Virus record (IMG/VR): IMGVR_UViG_3300043399_000877
Span: 62,001 to 126,000 of that record
DNA: 64,000 bases
Reading direction: 5' to 3' (one strand)
Below the pieces are notes generated by a model, which was given only the letters and a program-made list of their open reading frames with translations, had not been told where the DNA came from and ran no database searches. Below are positions 28,896-38,551 of this stretch, in pieces (position 1 is the first letter of the stretch; every line of letters starts with the position of its first letter). Both the position numbers and the translations under genes were made by a program.

Positions 28896-30838
28896 ATGGC
28901 ACGTGAGACTCGCAAGATTACCAACCGGATTTATGACGCTGTCGACGAAGGCACGCTCAGCTGGGAACAAGTGGCCAAAGGCGCTCTCAGCTACATGAGC
29001 GAATATGACATTGCCGAAATGGCGCATAACGAAGAATTCTTCCTTTACGAAGATGAACTCGAGGATGAAGATGATGAAGACGATTCCGATGACGATGATG
29101 ACGATCATCGTGGCACCCGTGGTGAAGTAAACGATATGGACGCCACTCGGCCGGGTTATTTCGCAATGTTCAGCACCGACGGCAACCGTCGTGTCCAGCA
29201 GATCCTTGACGACACGATCCGGATTGCGCCGGGCTTGACCGATGATGAAATTTGGCAATATTCCTACAGCCGACTGGAACTGCTGAGCCGTGAAGACGGT
29301 TTCGGAGAAGCAACTGACACCGAAGTGCGCGAGAACCTTTGGGGTGCGCTGATTGATGGCAGGCACTTCCAAAGCTGGAAATCGGTCAATTACTGGTTCT
29401 ATGTGGACTGGATCCTTGAACTTTCGAACAAAGACATCAAACGTGACCGTTTTCAGGAAACGGTCGATCTCAGGACGGTCAAGACTGATTTGGCGGTTGA
29501 CAGCGGCCGCTGAGTCAGCTATAAAAACAGGACAAGGCAACAGAGGAAGACACAATGGAAAAGTTTCCGCACGTTGAAGATCGGCAGATCCGTGACCTGC
29601 TGGAGTTTGGCTGGAACGGTGACGAAGACGAGATTTGTCAGGCGCTGACCAAAACTCGTCGCGCGTTCAACGAAGACGAACAGAACGAAATGATTCCCGG
29701 TCCGGTTATTGCCGCTCGCGAGTCAGCAATCGACGATGCCGAGGGCTGGTGGAACGAAGAAGGCGACGGGTTCCGCGCCGCCGAGTCGCTGCGCGATTAC
29801 TGGAAGGTGTGATATGCAGATGATCGAAATCAGCCGTGCAACCGAACAAGCGATCGTCAGCACCTGGGACAGTATCGCCTCGGACGCCTACGACCTCTGC
29901 GAAGGCGACAACAGCATCGCGATGGAAATGGTGTTGGACGCAAACCGAATGACGTTTGCCGGTTTTGAAGCCAGCGACCGGGAAATCCGGGCCCTGTGTC
30001 TGGAACACGGGTTCGGGTTGGTTTGTGATGTGCTGAGTCGAAGGATCCAGCTTCTTTAGGTTGACAGGGCCCCAGGGCCCTGCTATAACGCTCGCAAGAC
30101 AACCGGGAGACAGTGATGAACTCGACCATGGCGGCACTGGACTATCTGCTCTACTACGACGAAGATCAAGACATTGACGAATCGGGGATGACCGAGTTCA
30201 GTCCGGTTGAGGCTGCTCATGTGCGCGAGCTCGTAGAGCGCGGTCTCCTGAAATCCGGAGAAGTGTTCAGCCACAAGGGCTGGCACCACGTTCTGTATAA
30301 CGAAGACAGCCAGTGGTGGGGGTGCATGTGGGATGGTCCCACCGGTGATGAGCGCCGCTACGATTCCAGATACAATGAATGGGAACAGTGAGGTCCGGCA
30401 GATGCGACTTTCCGAGTTTATCGACCGACTGGAGTGGCTCAAAGCCGCACACGGTGATGTGGAGATCGGAGTGCTGGAGGGCATAACCATCTACGGCATC
30501 ATTCTGCAGACCCAACAACTGGGCAACGACGACACCACAGTGACCCACGTCAGTATCCTGAGTGATGACGATGTGGTGATTTACTGACAGGAACGAACTA
30601 ACTGTTGACAGAAGAGTCTGCCGACAGTATAAACACGACACGCAAGCGAGAGAAGAACACGATGTATTCCATCCTACGATACACCCAAACCACTGTTGAA
30701 ATCATCGAAGGGTTCGATGACAAGCAAGTGGCACTCGATTGGGCCAAGGCCAACTGTGGACTTGACCCGCGCTGGTCGTTGATCGAAACACCGAACGGTG
30801 TTCCGACAATCACCGTCCGTCCTGCCCCCAAGAACTGA
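28896..30838 (+). CDS. Six acidic small hypothetical proteins (28896-29513, 29555-29812, 29814-30059, 30113-30391, 30402-30587, 30662-30838)
   Basis: Individual promoters at 28841, 29497, 30061 and 30605; SDs. Confidence 0.7.
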
Positions 30839-30848
30839 AAGAGAGAAA

Positions 30849-31925
30849 ATGACCTTCTATATCAAGAACAACTCCAGCTACCGTGTTTCCGACAATCCGG
30901 GCGCCGAGGTTTACGATCATCTTCCGGTCGGAACCTACATCATCGACCAGGATCAGTTCGGTAACTTTTACCTGAATCTGATCGACGACTTCGTCCAGCC
31001 CGGCAAGATTTACGGCAACACCCTGCGTCATGCCGATCGAATCCTGCGGACGTTCATGGATCGCCCCAACAGCACCGGTGTGATGCTGGCTGGTGAGAAA
31101 GGTTCCGGCAAGAGCTTGCTGGCCAAGACGCTCAGCACCAACGCTCGCGAGCAGGGCGTGAGCACCATCGTGATCAACCGTCCCTGGTCGGGCGACAACT
31201 TCAACAAGCTGATGCAGGATATCCAGCAACCGGTCATCGTGCTGTTCGACGAGTTCGAGAAGGTCTACGGCGACGGCGACCAGGAAGCGATCCTTACCCT
31301 GTTCGACGGCATGTTCCCCACCAAGAAACTGTTCGTTCTGACCACCAACGACAAGTGGCGTATCGACCGTCACATGCGGAACCGTCCGGGTCGGATCTAC
31401 TACATGCTGGAATTCAAAGGCCTGGAACCGGACTTTATCCTGGAATACTGCCAAGAAAATCTGCGGAACAAGGACCACATCGACGGCGTGCTGAAGATCA
31501 GCACCCTGTTCAGCGAGTTCAACTTCGACATGCTCAAGGCCATGGTGGAAGAAATGAACCGCTACAACGAGACCGCGCAGGAAGTGATGGCCATGCTGAA
31601 CACCAAGCCGGAATACTCGGAATCGGTGGAATACGAATTGCAGATGACTGTTGACGGTGTTCCGGTTGAAGACGATGACCTGGGCGATCGTCGCTGGCGC
31701 GGTAATCCGATGGTGCAGCAGATCAACACCAGCTTCTATAAGGTCACTGGCAAGGATGACGATGGCGATGACAACGGTGACTGGGAGCCGGTGAACATGA
31801 CGCCCAAACACCTGAAGTCGGTGGACGGCAAGAGCGGTCGCTTTGTGTTCCAGAACGGCCGGGCTTGCATTGTGCTGACGCGCAAGCAACCGGAAGTCTA
31901 CAACTACAGCCAGATGGACTTCTAA
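30849..31925 (+). CDS. AAA+ ATPase
   Basis: GEKGSGKS, VLFDEFEK, LTTN, RNRPGR. Confidence 0.88.
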   Translation: MTFYIKNNSSYRVSDNPGAEVYDHLPVGTYIIDQDQFGNFYLNLIDDFVQPGKIYGNTLRHADRILRTFMDRPNSTGVMLAGEKGSGKSLLAKTLSTNAREQGVSTIVINRPWSGDNFNKLMQDIQQPVIVLFDEFEKVYGDGDQEAILTLFDGMFPTKKLFVLTTNDKWRIDRHMRNRPGRIYYMLEFKGLEPDFILEYCQENLRNKDHIDGVLKISTLFSEFNFDMLKAMVEEMNRYNETAQEVMAMLNTKPEYSESVEYELQMTVDGVPVEDDDLGDRRWRGNPMVQQINTSFYKVTGKDDDGDDNGDWEPVNMTPKHLKSVDGKSGRFVFQNGRACIVLTRKQPEVYNYSQMDF

Positions 31926-32003
31926 GAGTCCGACTCGGCTGTTGACAACCCGCCCGTGCCCGTGTTAAGTCACTGGCACGGGCTTTTAACGGGAGTAAAC
32001 ATC

Positions 32004-33169
32004 GTGGAAATCCAACCTATTCAGCTAACCCTGGGCCAGGCCCGTCTCTTTGCCCGGGCACCGGAGCCGCTGGACTACTGGCTGCCGGAACCGCTGGAAT
32101 CGGAACTGCGACAGTCGGGTGTGGAGGCTAGCCGCGTGGAATGGCCGGCCGGTCGTCTCAGTGAAACCGTTCTGTTCGAATACAACTTCAGCAGCGACGA
32201 AACCGCCACGGCCCGCATTTACAGCCTGGACGGCCGGGAATTTCTCCTAGCCGAAAAATATGGCGATCGCTCGGACTGGATCACCCGATTCCTGGATCCG
32301 GACACCTTCCGCGAGTTCGTTCAGGAAAGCGCACGTTTGGCCCTGGAGCAGAGTCTGGCCGACGTCGGCACGGAACCGGATACCGAAACGATCCCGCTGG
32401 GCGGCTATCAGCAGAACTTCAACGGTTATGTGGCTTTTAGCCGAACTCCGGAAGGTTCGGCTGTCCACCTGCTCAGCCCCAAATGGGGCAACTATCAGTG
32501 GATGTTCCGGGACCATCCGGCTCGTTATGAGGGTGAACCGGTGGAGTTCGTCCGCTGGGTGGATGATCGACCCAGCTGGCGGATCCGTGCTGACGAAGCT
32601 GACGTGGTGCTACGCTGGCAGGACGGCACGGAGCGCGCCGTAGCGGGCTGGAGAACTGCCTTCCTGCTGAGCCCCAGCCCCGGCACACACTCGCAGAACC
32701 CCAGCTGACCTGCTCGCAGACTGCCGGCAGTGAGACCGAAACACCTGTTGACACTGACGCTGCCGGCTGCTATATACAACGCAACAAGGAGAACACGAAT
32801 GCAAGAAGAGATTGTTTTGGTGCCGGCTGACGACCACAGCTATCGCGAGGCGACGGTTCGTATGCAATCGGTGGTGTGGAACGCGCAGACCCGCACCTAT
32901 TCGGAATACGCTGGCGATGACTATTTGGAACCGGGCGAAACCGTGGTCCAGCGAATGGTAGCAGACTGAGGGGATCGGACATGACTCGCAAGCAACTTTT
33001 GATTCAGGTTCTGGAGCAACTGGAAACCAGCATTCAGCTGATGGACGAACACCCGGAGCGCCCGGACGATTCGGACACCCTCTACGAACTGGTGGACATA
33101 GCCCGCGAACACGCAGAGTCTGAACTGAACCAGATCCTGTTCAGCGAACTCAGTTCGGTGCTGCGATGA
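32004..33169 (+). CDS. Three hypothetical proteins (32004-32708, 32799-32969, 32981-33169)
   Basis: Promoters at 31942 and 32748; SDs. Confidence 0.65.
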
Positions 33170-33558
33170 CAGCGCCCACGGATCGAGTGCTGCACCTCGC
33201 AGACGAACTGATCAGAATCAGCGTGACCGACTGGACCGTGGAGGAAGCCGAACGGTTCCTGGAAGCACTGAACCCCAGCATCCGGCGACACCTGCTGCTG
33301 AGAAAACTACGCGGAGTCGGCACCACCCTGGTGCTGGATCGCACGGCACCGGAGCGCAACAAGATCTCGGCCATCAAGGAGATTCGTGCGGCCACCGGCC
33401 TGGGATTGCGGGAAGCCAAGGATCTGGTGGAACTGGCCGAAGCCGCACTGAGCGGAGTGGACATTCAGAGCGAACTGCCGGAGCGTCGTCGCCTCAGTCA
33501 GGAACGATTGAGCGATCTCGGCGAACGCCTGCGCGGCACCGGTTGGAGGCTGGAATGA
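33166..33558 (+). CDS. Protein with ribosomal bL12 (L7/L12) C-terminal domain
   Basis: NKISAIKEIRAATGLGLREAKDLVE matches the bL12 CTD signature. Confidence 0.85.
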   Translation: MTAPTDRVLHLADELIRISVTDWTVEEAERFLEALNPSIRRHLLLRKLRGVGTTLVLDRTAPERNKISAIKEIRAATGLGLREAKDLVELAEAALSGVDIQSELPERRRLSQERLSDLGERLRGTGWRLE

Positions 33559-36500
33559 GCGAACTGGGCCAGTGGCAACCGATCAGCCGGGTGCGGGCTC
33601 GGGGCCGGGCCCAGTATGAACTACTGTTCATCGACAGACGGAATCAGATCTGCACCATGACCGTCACCGGCCGGGAACTCACCGAACTCAGCCCGGAGAT
33701 CGAACCGGTAGCTGCGCGACTGACCGAACCGGCACCGGCCGCGGTCCAGTGGCTGGGCACCGTGCTGTGGGATTATGTGCGGGGCCGGGTGGTGCGACAA
33801 GCCCGGCCGGCGGATCCGGTGGTGTGGGCTGACATCGGCTGCACCCCGGCGGGAGAACCCCGCATACGATACCGACCCCGAACCGGAGAACAAAAGTGAA
33901 GCACCCGCAGATCGCTATACCCATCACCGTCCAGGTGTCATCCAGCATATACCGGGAAGTGGCCGAAAGCATCCTGGAAGACCAACCCCTGGACCACGAA
34001 CTGTTGAACACCGACTGGGACACCATGTGTGACCGTCTGGCAGCCGGGGCAGAATTCCAGCGAACGGTTCAGGAACACATCCGGGATCGACTGAACACGG
34101 ACTGGCGCCCGGAGGTCTGGGATTTCATAGACGTGGGCGAGTTGGAACAGATCGCACTCAGTGACCGCATGACCGAAACCGCCTGGCTGACCGAAGCCAT
34201 CGCGTTGAGCGAACAGCACTGGGAGGCGGTGGAACACCAGCGCCGGCTCTTGCAGGAAGCCGAGGCCGAGGAACGAATCACCAGCCAGCGAGCGATAAAT
34301 CAGCATCTGGTGGAACAATTGCGCGCCCAAGGCTATGTGGTCTACGAGAAACCCCGGAGGCGAAAGAAACGATGAAGCGATTAAAAAAAATTGCCGAGAT
34401 TGAACCGCGCACGGCACCACCGGTATACCGAAGACGGCCGGGACAGAGTCCGCAACTGGTTCGGTGGTTGACTGAAACCGAACTGTCCGCCGCCCAACAA
34501 CGCATAGCAGAACGATATCGGGATCATCTGGTAGCACGTTTGCACCCGCGCTGGGCACTGGTGGAACTATACATAGACCCCGCTGTTGTTCCGGAATCGG
34601 AATGGACCATCATTAACATACTGTTCAAACAATGATCTACACTCCACCCATCCGAATCTATCGGAGAAATGATCCGATCTCCGAACCGCAACTCCAGCAA
34701 TTGCGGACCATTCTGGGCCGTCAGAGCCGGGCGGCGGGAGTGATTAGCCAAGAACAATACGGCAACGACTTACAGTATTGGGTGGTGATATTCAATTGGC
34801 ATCTCGTAGAGGAGTCACGTCAATTGATGGTTGAACAGATAATAGACCCCGCTGCTGGCCGACCTCAACGGCCGGTGGATCTCCAAAGTTGGATTCGTTC
34901 ATATATAAAATTTTGTGATAAGATTGGTGGGTCTACAACTGACGACGATTTTAGATCGATGATGGAGTCCGAGCGTCAACGCTGGAGCACGATTCTCAGT
35001 CGAGTAAAGAAATTTGAAAAAATAACGTCAGAGTCCATACTTTAAAGGAAAGCGGTCGGAATGCTATACACAACCAGTGAAAATCACCAATACAGACCGG
35101 GCGCGGGTCCGGTTCCCAAAAAATGGATAGAAACAGATCAGAGCCCGGAGGACGCCATACTGGACTATCTAGAACGTCGAGTAAGAGTCTGGGATGCAGA
35201 TCGTGCCGGTGACCGGACTGTGGACTTCCGGTTCGAGGACGGATCGGACTGGCGTCTACACTATGACTGGAGTGTAAATGATACCGGCTGGTATACTGAT
35301 GAGTCGGGTGAACAACCGTGGATAGTGGACGAATACCGTATAGAACGGATCAGTCCAGAACAGAGCCAGATCCGGGATCGAACACCCGGACGTGACTGGA
35401 TGTAACCGACGGTGACTGACCGGCGGGGAACCACTGACGGAGTATCGGAAAACCCCGGAAAGATCCGAAAACCATTGAAGGAGTATTTGACTATGCCTGT
35501 GGTTCGTCCGGTCTTCATTTCTGGCAGAAACCCACAGCGTCCGCTGGTGCGTAGGCTGTCCACCGGTCTGACCGGCAGATCCGGTGTGGCGTCCGTCACA
35601 CACCCGAGATGAATTTCGTATTTCAGCCTATTTATACTTGACATCCTGTGATGTTGGACAGCCTGTCTAGCAGCCCTAGAAAACTTTGTCTAACGGTGAA
35701 AAACCACTAGACATGCCGGCCTGGGTCGTGTATACGTGACGACATGACGTAACACACGGCAGAGGAGATACACCGTGGAACATGAAAAGGAAATTCGTGA
35801 GGCCATCCAGGCCATCGGCCGTGCGTGTGACCGTGCCGTGGAGAGCTTCGACCGTATGACTGCCGAAGGCGGCATGGCCGTGGCGCTGGAAGCGGCCGAA
35901 GATGTGTCGGCCATCGGCGTTCGGTATCAGCGCCTGCACGAGATCCTTCAGGCTCAGGCTGCTCGCTCGATCGAACGCATCCTGAACGAGCTGGGGATCC
36001 GGGACCAGCAGTCGGACCGGGAACTGGAGGCCGATGGGAATGTGGTGACCTTCCCGGGTCGGCTCAACTAAGACCCCGCTGCTGGGTATCTGACCGTATC
36101 GATCTCTAACCCCGCTGCTGGTGTTTTTGCTATTGACACTGGCGCGGGGGCCTGCTATAACAGTCGGGTAATGCAAGGGAGCAACTGACATGGACTATGA
36201 GACTGCGCGACGTGTATTCGGTTCGCTGGCTGGCGGAACGTTCGTGGGTATCGATACGCTCACCGATGTTAAGCTCACCGGTGGCCGGTCGAACCCGCAA
36301 CAGGGTCGCGTCCGTAAACGGATGACCGGTGCCCAGGTGATGGTGTTCAGCAACCTTCAGACCAATGCCTATGAGGCGATGGTGCGCCGCCGTCTGGCCG
36401 AAGAAGGACGTGATCCGGATTCGTTTGAATTGGGGCCCAGGGCCTGGGGCACTCGCGTCGCCGGCACGCCGTTCGTGGAGCACCGTGGCCAGTATTATCT

Positions 36501-36699
36501 GGAAACCATTTTCCTCCGAGCGGGATCGGTCCAGTATGAACTGGATGGTGAACCGATTGATCCCGAAGACATTCAGGGACTGCCCGAACGTCGCGAATCG
36601 GAGGCGGGTCAGGCCGGACTGGAACGTCGGGTGGTGATCCGGACTTTTGCGCTGGACTCGATCATCGGATTGCGAGCGCACGGGGTGCAATGGCCCTGA
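33555..36699 (+). CDS. Seven hypothetical proteins (33555-33899, 33896-34375, 34372-34635, 34632-35045, 35061-35405, 35775-36071, 36190-36699)
   Basis: Overlapping junctions, SDs and promoters. Confidence 0.65.
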
Positions 36700-36787
36700 A
36701 CCGGTTCTGGGTTCGGGACTGATTGAACTGACACTATAACTGGGGCTGGCAGGGTTGTCAAGCCCCAGTTAATCCATTTTCTGATAT

Positions 36788-36846
36788 AGGTCTTTTCACT
36801 CAGACCTCCGTGCCCTCCCCTCCCGGCGCTCCTAAGCCGGTCGTCC
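36788..36846 (-). ncRNA. Candidate small RNA, copy 1
   Basis: Minus-strand TTGACA(36880-36875)-N17-TAGACA promoter; two hairpins joined by GAGGGGAGGGCACGG; covaries with copy 2. Confidence 0.65.
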
Positions 36847-37066
36847 AGTCCTGTCTAGCATATGCTGTCGGGCGTGTCAATAGGAAAAAAGTCGGTTTTC
36901 TATAAAAAACCTCTTGCAATGCTGGCCGGCCTCCGCTATAAGGGTGGAGTGTTGAGGATGATGCGACAGACGGTGCTGCAAAATAAAACGCCGTAAACGC
37001 AAAAAAACACTTGACACTGTCCAAACCCCGCGTTATACATAACGCACCGCAACAAGGAGCAAGGCA

Positions 37067-37603
37067 ATGAGCGTTAACAATAACTTTTCGGTCGTCGGCG
37101 TGTCGCGTCAGTTCGGCAAACTGAAGATCCGTATGGCGAACGACCGTGCGTGGCGTGAGTTCATGCTGACCAAAGAGGGTCACGTGGATATCCAGCTGCT
37201 GGACCTCGGCACTGTGATGCCCAAGGAACGGGCGATCGAGCTGGCGATGGCTGCAACTGCCATCCAGGAGGACGGCTCGCTGGCGCCGGTGTTTGGCGAA
37301 GAAGCGCAGGAGGTGTTCCGCGCTTACTTGATCAGCAAGGGCATCATCGAGCGCCCGAAGCGCAAGCGCGGCCGCCCGGCGAAGGCTGCTGACGAGCCCG
37401 TGACGAGCGAGGCTGAGGCGCCCCAGCAGGAGCCCGTGGCTGAGCTGCCCGAGCAGGAGACGCCCGCTGAAGAGCCCGCAGCGCCGGCGCTGACCGTGGA
37501 CGACATGCCCAAACGCGACGAGAAAGGCCGGCTGCTGAGCCGTGCGGCGCGTGAGGCGCTGCTGGCGGAGCGGCTGGGGGTGACGGAGGGGGAGGTGGCG
37601 TAA
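37067..37603 (+). CDS. AT-hook DNA-binding protein with acidic/Pro-rich tail, paralog A
   Basis: PKRKRGRPAK; aligns with 37992..38426. Confidence 0.8.
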   Translation: MSVNNNFSVVGVSRQFGKLKIRMANDRAWREFMLTKEGHVDIQLLDLGTVMPKERAIELAMAATAIQEDGSLAPVFGEEAQEVFRAYLISKGIIERPKRKRGRPAKAADEPVTSEAEAPQQEPVAELPEQETPAEEPAAPALTVDDMPKRDEKGRLLSRAAREALLAERLGVTEGEVA

Positions 37604-37629
37604 GCCCCAACCCACCGACATAACACAAC

Positions 37630-37670
37630 AGGACAGCGGTGTCAAGCGCCGCTGTCCTTTTTCTTTCTGT
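37630..37670 (+). terminator. Rho-independent terminator
   Basis: AGGACAGCGG...CCGCTGTCCT followed by TTTTCTTT. Confidence 0.8.
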
Positions 37671-37678
37671 TCTTCAGT

Positions 37679-37737
37679 AGATCTTTTCAGGCAGACCTCC
37701 GTGCCCTCCCCTCCGGGTGCTAGTAAACCCGTCGTCC
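37679..37737 (-). ncRNA. Candidate small RNA, copy 2
   Basis: Minus-strand TTGACA(37771-37766)-N17-TAGACA promoter; same architecture as copy 1, with compensatory changes. Confidence 0.65.
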
Positions 37738-37991
37738 AGTTCTGTCTAGCAGATCGTCAGGGCCATGTCAATAACAAAAAGTTCGGTTTTTCTATAAAAA
37801 AGCTGTTGACTTGCTGGCCAGGGTTCAGTATAAGGACGGCATGGAAGCAACGAAACACGGACGACGCTGCAAAGCAACGCTGCACAAAATAAATGCGCTG
37901 GCAATGCAAACTGTCCTAAATTAGTTGTTGACATATTGAACCCCAGGTGCTATACAGACAGCACTGCAACACACAGAGAGAGGACTACAAG

Positions 37992-38426
37992 ATGACCAAG
38001 ATTTACAACGCCGCCGGTGTTTCCCGTGTCCGTGCTGACCAGCCGTTCAAGCTGCGTATGGCCACCGACATCGAATGGCGCCGGTTCGACCTGGCCCGCG
38101 GGCAGCACGTGGATGTGACGCTGGTCACGCTGCCCGAGTCGATGGACAAGATCCAGGCTGTCCAGTTCCTGCAGACGGCGCCGGAGTTTGTGGACAACGC
38201 CGAAGCGCAGGCCGTGTTCACTGCCTACTTGATGAGCAAGGGCGTGATCGAAAAGCCCAAGAAGAAGCGCGGCCGCCCGGCCAAGGCGAAGGTGGAGGAG
38301 GCTGCTGGCACCGAGGCGCCGGCTGCTGACGGGCTCGGCGACGAGCTGGTTGACGCTGCTGCCGAGACGCCGGCCGTGCAGGCGGTGGTGGAAGAGAACA
38401 CCGCCGAGTTCGAGCCCGAGCACTGA
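37992..38426 (+). CDS. AT-hook DNA-binding protein with acidic tail, paralog B
   Basis: PKKKRGRPAK; shares GVSR..K.RMA.D..WR.F.L...HVD...EAQ.VF.AYL.SKG.IE with paralog A. Confidence 0.8.
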   Translation: MTKIYNAAGVSRVRADQPFKLRMATDIEWRRFDLARGQHVDVTLVTLPESMDKIQAVQFLQTAPEFVDNAEAQAVFTAYLMSKGVIEKPKKKRGRPAKAKVEEAAGTEAPAADGLGDELVDAAAETPAVQAVVEENTAEFEPEH

Positions 38427-38551
38427 TGCAGGCAGGGGCGGCATTATAGTGCCGCCCCACCCACTTGTCAATAGCAAGAAAAAACTTTTTTGTTATTGAC
38501 AGTTGGGAACGGTTGCAGTATACAGATGGAACTGTAACACAGGAGCACACG

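Noticed and set aside
15525-31889. Long minus-strand ORFs (15525..16664, 16705..18114, 18057..19139, 21311..22459, 22574..23407, 30810..31889)
   Set aside because: They are antisense shadows of well-supported plus-strand genes with strong GC3 codon bias; they have no SDs or recognisable motifs.
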